A stretch of DNA of 58,044 nucleotides, from the NCBI GenBank assembly GCA_030141605.1, contig JAQGDQ010001164.1:1-58044 (forward strand), written 5' to 3'. Below are positions 35,345 to 50,000 of the stretch, in pieces. The position numbers and the translations under genes were made by a program. The DNA comes from Tubiluchus corallicola (taxonomy: Eukaryota > Animalia > Priapulida). The notes under the pieces are model-generated. The model ran no database searches, was not told the origin of the DNA, and saw only the letters and a program-made list of their open reading frames with translations. How positions within the stretch are numbered: the first letter of the stretch is position 1; the number at the start of each line of letters is the position of its first letter.

Positions 35345-38300
35345 ATGGCTGTAGCGCATCACAATGACGCAATAGGAAGAATATTCTTGTGTGTGGAACG
35401 CGTGGATAAGATTAAATCTGCGAAAAAATTTTGCTGGCGAACTGGTATTGTTCGCGCTGTTTCACACGAAGAAACTAGATCAAGAAGTAAGCGGAGGAAA
35501 CTCGCGGAGGTAAATTCCTCTTTATGAGTTGAGCAACTCCTTGCGATAATTATAGTATGATAAATAATTTGTTTGATTCTAGAGATTTGAAGCAATTCTA
35601 ACCAGTTTAAACTATTAACTAATTATTAAAGTAGATGGTGACTTACATTTACTGGTGACAACTTTGGCTTGAAAATACAACTAGTGACTGTTAAATTGTA
35701 ACAAAATGGACAAAGCAATGCAAGTATCACCAAACGGCATGATCAGCATAGAGGCAACAGAAAATCTAACTACGTGTAAGAACAAGTGTGATTGATATGT
35801 GGCGTATACTACTAAAGCTTAGGTCACATGACTAAGGCTGGCTTCGTTTTAAACACTTCCAGGAAATGCATGTTTGTAAAAATATGGAAAAAACAAATAA
35901 TTATAGAATGCTAGATCAAATTGCCTGACACCAACAATTACGTTGTTGTACCTATCTTTTTATATTAATTTTGCTTACGGTTTTTTTAGGTTTTAGTTGA
36001 ATTTAAAGGGGAACCCTGGACAGACAGAAGAGTTATTGACTTTGAAGAGCAATCAGATCTTGGAGCCTTTCTCTTAGAGAAAGACCTAATTTGGCAGAGA
36101 AGGCCCACAAGTGATCCCAAGAAAGAGCCAAACATTTGGCCGGCATTTGTGAGTCCTTTTGCAAAGTCAAATGCAGATATTTCACAAGTCTGTTTAATTT
36201 ATACACAATTTCTTTTAGGTTTAGATCATTCAGTTTTGACAACTTGATTCTGGATCCTTCTCAGCACAGCATACATACATGCAGTTAAGTTTGGATGATT
36301 CCGTTTTGACAACCTGATTCTGGATCCTCCTCAGCACAGCATACATACATATAATTAAGTATGAATCATTCAGTTTTGACAACTTGATTCTGGATCCTCC
36401 TCAGCACAGCATTCATAAATATAGCGTATTTACGCCAAAAGTTATACATACATCGTAAGCATATGCGCATTACAAGATATACAATATTTACAGAAGTTAA
36501 AGAAAGTAATTTCATAAGTTTTTGTAATGGAGTCAGTAAGACTTTCATACACAATTACACGTGAAACCGGAGCTTGCAAATTGTGCAGTTGACCCGGGAA
36601 AAACATGCACAAAAAGAGTCGAGATTCAGTTACATGTGGACCGTGCAGAGTGCTAGGCACTCCCTCTGGTGTTGAAGGATGTCTCAGTCTGTTAGTCTTC
36701 ATTCTAAAGCGTTTGGTTTATTCCTAGATACAGAAAATTTGCTCTTAGCTTCGTACTCATTTTTCTTTTTCTCCAAATCTTGTGTTGAACATTCCTAGAT
36801 GCAGAACACCTTGTCTCATTTTTTCCTTTTGATTTCTTTGTACTTTAGCATACTTTGTGCCGTGAAGATTTGAATGACTTCAACAGTTGCCTGCGTGGTA
36901 AAATACCTCTTAGACTGGAAGCCAAGTTCTTCTGCCTGTCGAAAACTTGTTTTCTTGCATGGTCCAATACTTCAATTAATTCATTAAGTCTAATGACTTG
37001 TTATTGCTCAAATACCTCCTTGCTTAAAGTATGGTAGGTTCTCCCTTTTAAGATTTTCATGTAAAAATGTGAGTCTATATTTACTATGGAGCTTTAAAGC
37101 AAGGACACAATCAGTGGCGGCTCATGTATAGGTACTGTGGAACTTATTATATAATATTCAATTTGAAGTCTATCTTGGACGACTGGGTGGGTGCTAAGAT
37201 GTTAAAAACGTTCATTGCACACGCACATCTCGGTTTGCCGGACCTCGTTTTTACGGATAACGCAAGTATCGAACAAAGTGTGCACCGTTGAATCTCGAAT
37301 TTAAATTTATATATGCATTAATTTACAGCTTCTGTATATACACTCATATCTTGGCTTGCCGGACAAATGCGGGGAGATGTCGGTTCGAACTTGCTGATTG
37401 TCCGTCTTTACGCATACTAAACTGGTCCAGCAGGCGCCGTGTTTTAGACTCATGGTAATTATGCGGGACTCATAACGCTCCAGATTTTGTCCGATATCCG
37501 TAAAAGCGAGGTCGAGCAAACCGAGATACGAGTGTAGTTTGAACACACCATTAGACATGTAAGCAGGTCACATTGACCGTATGCAAGCTGCGGCTACCTT
37601 CACATAGCATAGTATTGCAAAAAGCGATTAGTTTTTTGTGCGGATTTGTCAATATGTAGCTTTTTGAAAAAAGAATGTGTACGGCGGTTTACCCCAAGTT
37701 TGCACATTTTTCTGTATTGATTGCTCTTTTATTATTCTTTTTACCCCACCCCCCGAGTCTGATCAGCATTGTTTACTGAACTCAAAATCGAACCCAATTT
37801 GAAACTGCGGATCAAAACAATCTACTCTTTAAAATATTGAAATGAAACACTGTTTTTTTTTTTTTTCAAAAATGATTTACGTGAAAGAATTATTACCACG
37901 AAAGCACAATTTCACTTTTGCACTACAAGTTGTTCACTGTTACATGCATTTCGTCATTCGCTAGTTAGAGAGTCACTAGTTCCTGCATTTCAGAAAAATG
38001 TTGCACAAAAAACATTTGCTGTACCTTTCAGTTCAGATATGTTAGTTTGTAATGAAATACACAAGTTTGACAACTGATGAGTGAGCACAGCTGTAAATTT
38101 CAATTCTTTATCTTAAAACTTGCCTAGTTTTAGTACAAAACACTGAATATCTACGCTGTTTTTGCTGTTAAAAATTGTTAGTTTGTGATGTCATCAGATA
38201 GTTGGGATCACCTGCCGTTAATTAAGTTTTTAATCTATTATTTAATTATCAGAAATGATTTTGCAGGATTAATTGTGTTAAAATGTATACTTTTTATCGG

Positions 38301-41300
38301 AATTGGAAATGTGATAGTATATGAAAAATCGTCCTGTTTTCCTTTAAATTAAAAGAAGTATTTCTAAAGTTTAGAAGATGATTTTGGTAGCAGCCCGGGT
38401 ATCCTTTTTTACAGCACTGAAAGACCCATTATATAAAACTAAAGAATCGCCTTGACATCACTTATATACTTCCTTATTGCATACAGAGCTTGTATTAGCA
38501 GTAACACTGTATAAAGCCTGAAAATTTAACCTCCTGCAATGTGCGGACATTTTAACTGTAACTTGTTTAAGATAAGTTTAGATAAAATTGCATTCAGGTT
38601 CGTAACACACTCTTGGTTAGCAAAGCAAAAGCTTAATTTACTGTTTAGCCTGCCAGTAAGATTAAAAATATGTTTATTAGTGAGCCACTGGTGCACACTG
38701 GGAAGGTGAGTCAGTGACTTTTTACCAGGTGGGGCGAACATTTTAAATTACTATGAATTTTCTTTTCTAATTACTTAAAGCACAAGAAAACTCTTCATGA
38801 ACATAAAGCTTAAAAAATTCGTTTTGAAATTTTATATCACTTATATACTGCCTTCTTGCATGCAGGACTTCAATCGGCTGTAACGCTGTATAAAACATGT
38901 AAATTTAAACTCCCGCGATGACCGTTAGACGCAGCCATTTTCACGACAGGTCATTTGAAGCAAGTTTAGATAACGTGTAAAGTTTGAAAAAATAATCAGA
39001 GCATTCGTAGCGCACAAGTCACTAACTAAATAAAATTTTAAATTGCTGTGTCTTGTCAATAAGATTAAAAATACGTTTTTTGGTTAGTGAGTGGTGCACC
39101 CCTGAGGGTGACTCAGCGACATTTCACCAACTGGTGAAAACATTTTAAAGAATTAATAACTTTCTTTTCTAGTTACATAAGTCTTTCTAACGGGTAAGCA
39201 AAAATCTTAAGTAATATAGATTTGCATGGAAAGTCTTTTGAGACATAATTTAACATTGCCTTTTCTTCCCTTGATTTACGTTTGGTACATTACATCAGGT
39301 AATGGTGACATCGGAATAGTATTGCGGGAGATTTAAAATGAAAACAAACTAAAATTCCTTTCAGTGCGAGTAAGATATATGCATAAAATTGCTATAAAGT
39401 AATATAATTTGAAGGCGATTTTTCTGAAACCTACTTCAGGTACCCCCTTAAGTCTTTGAAACAGGTAAGCATAATGCCAAAGTAACATAACTTTTTGTGG
39501 ACGGTTTTTTTGGGACACACTTTGAAATTGTGTTTTCTTCCCCTTTAAATAACGATGTTTTCTTCCCCTTTAAATAACGTTGTTTTCTTCCGGAGCCCGT
39601 AAACGTAACAGCAGTTTCCTTCTTGAATTATTTATTTATAGATCTGCTCAAGCATTACCTGGATAATTAATTTAGCATTGATGCACATGTTACCTTGCAG
39701 TGTGCACAGTGCTTTTCTGTTCACACTCATGCTCGCTCTACTGTGGACAGGTAACCTATTTATTACCTGTGTTCACCTGTGGGATGCCGTAGACCTACTA
39801 GCTGTTTACAACCAGTTACACTAGCTTATTTGCTTGGGGGCCCCACAGCCACAGCCACTTTATTAAGCAGATCTGTTAGATTAGTAGACTGGTCTTATCT
39901 CACACTGAATGACTGACTAGGCATTCGCTATTTGTTGGCATTTTCAGTTTTGGCTAAATCACCGAGTTTCGTGTGTCATTTTCAGACGTTTGAGTCGATC
40001 GTTGATAACATTGGACTTGCAGCCAAAGAGGAGCAGCCTGTCCTTTTCTTGTTGGACGATGAACCTAAGTTTGTCGACACTTCAAAGGCTAAATTGTACA
40101 AGGTAGGAAAATTATCAATTGCTTAAAGCAAGTAAATTAATTCTTATTAATTGTGTAGGTGCAGATTGTGCAAAGAGAAAATTTCTTTATTAACTGCTTA
40201 AAGCAGTAAAATTAATTATTATTAATTGTGTAGGTGCAGATTGTACAAAGAGAAAACTTCTTTATTAACTGCATAAAGCAGTAAAATTAATTTTTGTTAA
40301 TTGTGTAGGTGCAGATTGTGCAAAGAGAAAACTTCTTTATTAACTGCATAAAGCAGTAAAATTAATTTTTGTTAATTGTGTAGGTGCAGATTGTGCAAAG
40401 AGAAAATTTCTTTATTAACTGCATAAAGCAGCAAAATTAATTTTTGTTAATTGTGTAGGTGCAGATTGTGCAAAGAGAAAATTTCTTTATTAACTGTATA
40501 AAGCAGTAAAATTAATTTTGTTAATTGTGTTTTAAAAGAGTAAGAAGGGTCGTTTATGTTTGTCAATAAGTCGAGCTAATTTTTTAGCCAAAATTTCATG
40601 ATTTTCTGTCAAAAACAGGGCAACAAATTTAATGGTGTTTAGTAAAAATTGTTGGATACGTTCGAATAATTGCTAGAAGTAAATGTCAGAGAAGTAATAA
40701 ACCTTGGATATCCAACTCTTGGATATTTAACTTTAAAGGAAAACCGGACAATTGTTTAGGCTCAATCTCATTTTAATTTACTGTTCAAAATATACACTTT
40801 CTTGCCTATAAAAGTTAATAATTGTTCCTTGTATTTGAATAATTAGCTTAGAAAGTTAATTAATGGCAACTGAACACGGCTATTGCTTATGTCAGAAACT
40901 AACCACAGTTTGTGCAATGGCAGGCATCTTCCCTTGCACATCAAGCACATTTGCGTAAGTGTGACTACAAGTTTTCTTACAACTTCTGTGCAAGATCTGT
41001 AAAGTTTCTACGCCCTATTACATTTCTCTTATTAGCAAATCTATATGAGGAATTTCTTCTAATTCTTACAACTGTGTTTTTTTTGTAGCAGTCAGATTTA
41101 GAGAAGAAGCCGATTCTTCAGGAAAACGGTGCTCTACGGACTGCTGTCGAGGAGTGGTCACTCGGCAGAGCTGCGCAAGAAGTCCTAGCGGAACGCTCAA
41201 CTCTCCTGCGAGGTCTTGGCATTCGAGTTCAGGTCTATCGTCCTCAGCTGCACAGCCAGACTCAGTGGTACACGGCTGTTATAGTTTCTGTGGAGGAGAA

Positions 41301-44300
41301 CGGCGTATGTTGCGTAATTCTGTCTATTAATAACAAAAAAATGTTTACTGATTGTAAGCTAGTACAGTATGCGCCGTGTATTAGACTCACGGTAATGCAG
41401 AATCAATCGTCTGATTGTGTCAAAAACGTCTAGTACGGGCCACTTCTGACATATTAGACTCACGGTAATGCAGAATCAATCGTCTGATTGTGTCAAAAAT
41501 GTCTAGTACGGGCCACTTCTGACATATTAGACTCACGGTAATGTAGAATCAATTGTCTGATTGTCTCAAAAACGTCTAGTACAGGCCACTCCTGACATAT
41601 TAGGCTCACGGTAATGTAGAATAAATCGCCTAATTGTCTCAAAAACGTCTAGTACGGGCCACTTCTGACATATTAGACTCACGGTAATGTAGAATCAATT
41701 GTCTGATTGTCTCAAAAACGTCTAGTACAGGCCACTCCTGACATATTAGACTCACGGTAATGCAGAATCAATCATCTGATTGTCTCAAAAACGTCTACTA
41801 CCGACCGCTCCTATGCAAAAGTATATAAAAACTGTCTGTAATTATTAGACTCACGGTAATGTAGAATCAATCGCCTAATTGTCTCAAAACGTCTAGTGTG
41901 GGCCGGCTCTGACATACTGTTTGTATTTTAAAAGGTCATTGTTTTTGTAACACAATCGTGGTTTTCTGATAATTCACTTCACACTGCGTGACATTATAAC
42001 GAGGTTAATTTATTATATAAAATAAACGTTTTGGCACAGCACATGCGTAGGCGAGGTTGGCGGTTTTTGGAAACTTATAGGAGAGAAATTACTATAAGGA
42101 TGTGTGGATTTGTTTTACTATTGTAATTTAAACTTAGAAAAATACGACAAAGAAATTTGCAAAAAAAAAACTATGAAACATAAATCTATAATATACTACC
42201 TCTGAATAGAAATCTTCGGACTAAAGGTTAAACATTGGAAACCACTGCTTTATAATAATTATTTTGCTGTTTAGGAGTTTTTACTCTTAGATGACACAGT
42301 TCTCCAAGAGCACAGGGAAGACCCGCGGCTAGTTCAGATAAAAATCCTTAGTGACAAAGGTAAAGTGGTTGTAATAATAAATGCGTGCTTGCAAACCAAA
42401 ATCGTCCATAAGTCGGCATAGTTAAAACTAAGTTATGATGCTTCAAAGTAGAAAGACCCAAAAATTTGATCAGATGTCGATTTTTTTTACTTTATGAATA
42501 CAAATGCTAAATATACTCAACTTTAATATTCTAGCATCTAATCGTCAAGAAAATATTTTAAAACTAGTAAAAATCTTTTTTTAAGACCCCCTACCCACTT
42601 TTCTGTCTATAAACTGATACTACAATTGAGAAAAACTCGTATTTTCAAACTCCGATAGTAGCACATATAAGCAGTCATTTTGCTTCAGGTTTTTTTCTTC
42701 TGCCAAACCCAGATCTTCGTCAGAAAGAGCCATCTACTGGATTTACACATAACTACAATTTGCTCTTGCAAAGTCCATAGGAATTACGGTTGTAAAGTGT
42801 TTTATAGAAATGCGACAAAAAACAATGGCTAACTTTAACAGTGATTTTCTCAAGATAATGTTTTTCAGTGTGCAGTCTGCACCTCATTTTCAACATGAAT
42901 TATCTCAGCTTAGAAATAACATAGACCAATGAGCTTGGTAACAAAGTGATCCTCATGAAATGGAGATTTATGATTTTTGAATAACTGGAAAAGCTTAATA
43001 GCTGACTTATGTACGTTTTTGATATGCAAGCACGCAATTAATGCTTTTAAAGGGAAACAAGATGATTTTTCACATCCTACCCCATTTTGAAGTACAGTAA
43101 AGTATATATTTTAATCACTATATATACTGATTCACCACACTCTGCAAGTTTATTAGTGACTTACGTCCGGTTAGGGCACACATACACTCTCAGCCATATA
43201 ATAAACTTGTATTAGCTGAGTTTTGCAAAATCATAATTGTAGATAGTGCTTGTAGAAATTGGTCCCCGTGCTGAGTGAGCAATGGTTTTTGCTCATTGCC
43301 TGCAAATGCGCGGGGTCGCTTATCCGTCAATAAATGTCACAAAAACATTTCTTATTTCTTGTCTAAAATAAAGAGAGAAATTCTGTGGAGATGTTTAAGG
43401 CGGCCGAAATATAAGGCGTTACGTCTGCTCAGAATCTAACCACGGCGCAAATCAATTTTGATGTACCGGTAGAGTCGCGCGTGGCAGTTTACAGCAACGA
43501 TTTCGCAGGAGATGGACACATAGACAGTGACAGCTATATCTCCTATGTGATTGGTATACAATGTTCCCTCACTTATTGCGGACGTTCTGTTCCTGGCCTG
43601 CCCGCGATAAGCGAATTTCCGCAAAGTAGGGACGGTGTACTTATTTTAGTAGTTATACATTATTTTAAGTCTTTATAAACCTTCCCCGCACTCTTATACA
43701 TAACCCTTTCCCATTCCTTTAATAACTTTTCCCGTACTTTACATGTACCGTTTAAAAAACTTTACTTAAGTGTTCATAAAAATGTTCATTGCACGGTACC
43801 TGAGCCAATCAGCCACTGGGATACCAATTGTGTGTTGTGTACCATGTCACGTCGGCAACTAGCATCTCAAGTGGGCAGCACCCACTACATTTCGTTTTTG
43901 GTGTGTATTCGTCCTCTGAATAAATACACTATTTACTGCAAATCTATACATTACTGTACAATATGTACTACGCATGTGAAAAAATACTTTAGACGGTGTA
44001 CCGCAAAAACCGGCGATAAATGAACCGCGAAGTAGCGAGGGAACACTGTGCATGAAAACAGTAAGGCATACATAGTGATGCCAAAGCGTTTCTGATAAGT
44101 AAATTAGAGGTTGAAGCCTTAATTACTGGCATGCGAGTTCAAATTGAAATGCTTTATTTACTGTAAAAAACAGCATAAAACAATAATTTTATCAGAATGC
44201 TCAAAGCCCAAAAAAGATCGTGCCATAAACATGTGATTATTACAAAGCTTAAGAACGCTTGCTATTAGATCCATTGGCTGTTTTTACCTGTAAATACTCA

Positions 44301-46971
44301 TTGTAATGAAAATCCATTTTATCCAAGAGCACAGGGAAGACCCGCGGCTAGTTCAAATAAAAATCCTTAGTGACAAAGGTAAAGTGGTTGTAATAATAAG
44401 TGTGTGCTTGCAAACCAAAATCGTCCATAAGTCGGCATAGTTAAAACTAAGTTATGATGCTTCAAAGTAGAAAGACCCAAAAATTTAATCAGATGTCGAT
44501 TTTTTATACTTTATGAATACAAATGCTAAATATACTTAACTTTAATATTCTAGCATCTAATCGTCAAGAAAATATTTTAAAACTAGTATAAATCTTTTTT
44601 TAAGACCCCCTACCCACAGGTTTAAGACCCGTGCCATAAACATGTGATCATTACAAAGCTTAAGAACGATTGCTATTAGATCCATTGGCTGTTTTTACCT
44701 GTAAATACTCATTGTAATGAAAATAACGAATATTGTATAAAAACTGAAAGCTTTCTCTGTCCTACATGTTAACTTCTTCAGGACCTTAAGCGTTTGTCGG
44801 ATTTTGCATGAGTTCGTAAAAAACTGCTCTCACTAAGCAGCAATTATGGTATAGTTGATAAATTTTGCAGGTTTCTGCTTCTCATACAATGGATGACAAT
44901 GTGTAGTATCACTTGTGTGAAATTGGCTAATGTAGAAAATTTCAACTGTCCAGACACGACACTCTGATACACTTGGCCTCAAGTCTATCCTGTTTTTAAT
45001 CAGAAATTCCTGTTAAAAAGTGAAACAACCTTAACTTTTCCTTGGCTGATCAGTTCATTTTTCCTGGAATAGCAGCAAAACACTGCGCAGCTTGGGTTGC
45101 AGCAAGCAGGCAATCAACAGTGTGTAGGATCTCCCAAGTGTACGCCAGACTAAGCTACTCAATAGGCTAAGTTGGAGTGCCTGAAAAAGGCATGTTTTTC
45201 TTAATTTTATCCAATTAAATCACTTATAAATATGTAAACAAATAGCATGATTGCATATCTAACATTCTTGTGAACAGAAAAAGAAGCGTTTTTTCTTAAT
45301 TTTATCTAATTAAATCACTTATAAATGTTTAAAAAAGTAGCATGATTGGATAGCCGAGATTCTCCTGAATAGAACAGTACCTAATTTGTAATCATTTAGT
45401 TATGTCTGTGCTCATACAGTAGCAGAAAAGTCATAAGTCTTGTATGGCCTGTTTTGAATGGTACGGTCCTGGAGGAGTTAATCAGGTTTAAGATTGAAAC
45501 GTGTAATTGCATAAAGTCTCATGAAATGTTGAACTTATCTTGGCTTCGCGTTTTCTATTTTGTCTATTTTCAGTTGTTCGTGGGTTGTTGAATGGTGAAC
45601 CCATCGCACCAGAAAGACGCCACAGACCTTCTGCGGGAAGACGCGGCAGCGATGTATGTTTTTTGTAATTCTAACAGTAAATGCTAGCTATAGAACCTTA
45701 CCTAGTTCATTTTTTCTTGTTCCCGAGCAAGATCCTGCTATTAAATCAGTCTACGCACAGACTAATGCATAATTAAGTAAAGTCCTACGTAAGACAACTG
45801 AAGTTACTCAACTGATTGCTTTATACACGTCATGTGACAGTTGTAGTTAAGACGCGCTGCTTTGGTACACTTAACTTTTGACCTACAGCATCTGCGGCAA
45901 TCATCGTCTCATCCCGAAATCACTATCACATCATGACATATTTGACTGACTGATGGACTGACATATTATGTGCGACTCTTCGTTTTATCTGCAGCAATAA
46001 AAACATTTTATGCTAGTCCAATGTCAAAAGGATAATTAACTGCTATAATGAAAATGTATAATAATATTATGAAATATGAAGAAATCAAACTTACATCTTA
46101 TTAACTTGCTAAAGAGAACTCGACTGAGATAATTTTGTTATAAAACGACACGACATACTGAACGAGAATGTCTTCTTTCTTATCCAGTCTGCAAAATGAG
46201 TCTACTCCTAGCTCACCTGTTTATCAACAGCCTAAATTTGCAAAAAAAACAAACACAAGGAGGCACCACGTGCTTATATCCAAGACATTAAGCGAGATTG
46301 TAATATAACGGGGTGTACTAACAAAGTTTGACTGTATATTATGCCAGAATAGCCTATAGTTTTAATAAAATAAGTCCAAAATATATATATATGTGTGTGT
46401 TGTTGTTGTTGGCATCCTTCTGTCTCAGAAGACAATTGAGTGTGTTCCAAGAGGGTCAGTTATTGATTACATTGATGGAGCTGCAGCGTTGATTGTGGCT
46501 GAGCAGTGCGATCCTTCAACCACTGGAGTGGCCTCTCCAGGGCGCACGCCTGGGCAAGGTGTATGGAGATCCTGAGTTGCACAGACAACAGGAACCCTCT
46601 CTCTTCCTCCCTGGTGTAGTCCAAAAGAAAGCGGAGCGATACGTTTGGCACCAGGTTGACTGCTGGAGCTGCCGGAGTTAGTGAGCATGCTGCACTGGTC
46701 CGCCTTCGGGGCTTCACTCCTGATTTGGAAGGTTTACTCTTCTATACATGGCCGTTGGGTCGCTTGACCTCTTCCGCCCTCTAGCCATTGGCTGCTTGTG
46801 CAACTCCTCCGCCTAGTATCGAGATACAGTGTGGGCATCCCGCAAGCCTACTGCACCTGGTATTCCTAGGCGGTCACCCATACAAGTACTAGCCAGGCTC
46901 TACGTTGCTTAACTTCAGTGATCAGACTAGAACCGGTATTTTCAACGTGATTTGGCCGTAGTCAAAGAAGC

Positions 46972-47003
<32 letters not shown>

Positions 47004-50000
47004 TAATTAAATTTGTTTTGCAATTTGTTTATGAAGTATGCAGTGTGTTTTTTTACGTCTCTTTGAACATAATTATCTATTGATTGGTACTAAATCCTCT
47101 GTATCGTATTTTCTTGCAGTTTGTTTATGAACCACTGAAAAGAAAATTTGATGAGAGCAAGTCTCATAGTAAAACAAGTAAGGGTAAGTTGATCGTGATA
47201 TTTATTTCACCTTAAAGAGGCGTTCAGCAAGTGATTGCTCTCCTCTGTGTGGAAGAAACCAAAAAAGAGTAGATTACAATAGTCAAAGCTGCAAGAAAGA
47301 GCATTTACTTTTGAGTTAAAATCTTACGTTCATGTGTGTAGTAATGACGTCATTCGCAGGTATGGTGCCCGTAAATCGACAGGTGTTACCTCGTACCCAC
47401 TTGTTAAGATTTACTGGCAGTGAGGAAATTAAAATCATTTAAATTCATCAATAAAAACAACGACTGGTGCATTTCAATTAACTATACAGTGTTCCCTCAC
47501 TTATCGCGGATGTTCCGTTCCAGGCCCACCTGCGATAAGTGAATTTCCGCGAAGTAGGGACGCTATACTTATTTTAGTAGTTGTGTGTTATTTTAAGTCC
47601 TTATAAACCCTCCCCGCACTCTTATACATAACTCTTTCCCATTTCCTTAATAACTTTTCCCATACTGTACATGTACCATTTAAAAAACTTTACTTAAATG
47701 TTCATAAAAATGTTTTAAACGAAAATTTCTGACGAAAATTTCACAAATAGCGTGCACAACACCACACATGAAAACTATGCAACCGCGACAGTTGGATACT
47801 AACGTTTTTGGTGTGTATTCATCCGCCGAATGAATACACTGTTTACTGTAAATGGTAATTTTTGTGATTTATAATATTCTTTTTATGTTAGAATTAATAT
47901 TTTTAATATATTTTTATACATTTCGTGATTTTTTATGCAAAATTCATCAAATCTATACATTACTGTACAATATGTACTACGCATGTGCAAAAATACTTTA
48001 GACGGAGTACCGCAAAAACCCGAGAAACGGCGAAAATACTGCGATAAATATTTTATATCAATATTTTTGAAAATCCGAGAAACAGCGAGTCTGCGATAAA
48101 CGAACCGCGAAGTAGCGTGGGAACACTGTACTCTTAAGAACAAGCGTTCATTTATTGCACACCGAGAGCTTGAACACACTAGCTGCGAGTCGTGAAAGTT
48201 AGTGATTCATCATACAAGATGGTTGACTGAGTTTTTATGTGCCAGACATAAATTACTTATTACAGACTTTATCAACGAGTTGGCTTCTTCATCTTTGGTG
48301 CCTTGCTGAGCATTATTAATATAGTATAGGGATAAGGCGTTTAAAATATCTATATTAACATTAGTTCAGAATAAAGAATGCTCTAAAATATTGAAAATAA
48401 ACTATAGCTTTTTTAAATCAAAGCTTAGATTAAATAATAATTACCTCGGATACTCAAATTTCTTTAAACTTTCCAAGCTACGCGCAGCTCCGTGAATCTA
48501 CTAAGATTGGCAACAGCACTTTTTGAAACATGCGCGTGGCTGACAAATAGAAGGCTGTACCGTGATATCCATAATCACGAACTGCAGTGTTAGTTTCTGA
48601 CATCATATGATGTAGAACCCATTTTTCGTGAAATTATGCATTTTAACTCTAAAAGTTACCCAAATGTGCTTTGCGCTAGGAAAGATGCCTGCCATTGCAC
48701 GAACTGTGGTTAGTTTCTGATGTAAGCAATAGCTGTGTTCGGTTGCCGTTAATTAACTTCCTAAGCTATTTATAAAATATAAGAAACAATTGCCAACTTT
48801 TATAGGCAGGAAAATGCATATCATGTGGCCTTCCTGTTTATTTGTGTGTTTATTACTGGCCTGAAATAGTTTTATAAAGGCTAATAAACAATTTCATTTA
48901 GATAATTAACCTCTTTATAAAGAAATCATATCTTGTTATTTGCAAGTCTCCCCTAAGTCAAAAGTGGATCGATCTGCTATCTCCATACTTGCTGCTGGCC
49001 TGGTGTTGGCAGCAGTTAATACTGTAGAGATCTAGTAATCATTCTACTTTATGCATTCATTGTGTCTTGTCTCTTACTAAAGAACAATGTAAACCTGTTC
49101 CAGCAGCAAAGACTAAGGCACAGTGCTTAGAGAAGAAGTCTTCAACTTATGAAGAAGTGTTGTCAGACGCTGTATGTTCAACTTCAAAGCATTCAAATAA
49201 GCACGTAAGTTGTCATGCTAATGTCGAATTTAATCCTGCGTGGCGAGTTTAATACTATAGGCATTGCGTAAGTTTTGAAGTTTTTCTTGTGTTCAAGGCT
49301 TTTTAAGGGGAAGTTTAAACTGAGGCTTTTGGGCTTATAACTCGGAAATCTTTCTTAGAAAATTACTATACAAAGTCATTTTTGTTAGCATGGTGCTTAC
49401 CTGCTTGAAAGAGTTCCATAATTGGAAAAGAAAATTATTGATTATTTAAAATGTTTATGCTAACATGTAAAATAAATGTGGGTATTATACTACGCCCCAA
49501 AAAAAACATCGCAGGTTCTCATAGAAACACGTGATTGTGCTTAAGCTAGAACTCCATGTGCGAGTAATGCGTGATGCGTGACCTGTGATCCGTAATGCGT
49601 AGCGCATAATGCGTGGTCTGTGATCTGTAATGCGTGATGTGTGACCTGTGATCCGTAATGCATAGCGCGTAATGCGTGGTCTGTGATCTGTAATGCGTGA
49701 TGCGCGTGACCTGTGATCCGTAATGCGTAGCGCGTAATGCGTGGTCTGTGATCTGTAATGCGTGACCAGTGATCCGTAATGTGTAGCGCGTAATGCGTGG
49801 TCTGTGATCTGTAATGCGTGACCAGTGATCCGTAATGTGTAGCGCTTAATGCATGGTCTGTGATCTGTAATGCGTGACCAGTGATCCGTAATGTGTAGCG
49901 CGTAATGCATGGTCTGTGATCTGTAATGCGTGACCAGTGATCCGTAATGTGTAGCGCGTAATGCGTGGTCTGTGATCTGTAATGCGTGATGCGTAGAAAC

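Noticed and set aside
40115-41915. Regular 73-75-bp arrays as CRISPR-like
   Set aside because: Units are full tandem copies without unique spacers, there are no cas genes, and the context is a eukaryotic intron.
46844-46963. Functional 5S rRNA gene
   Set aside because: Single copy, several substitutions and no oligo-T terminator; better explained as a SINE head or pseudogene.
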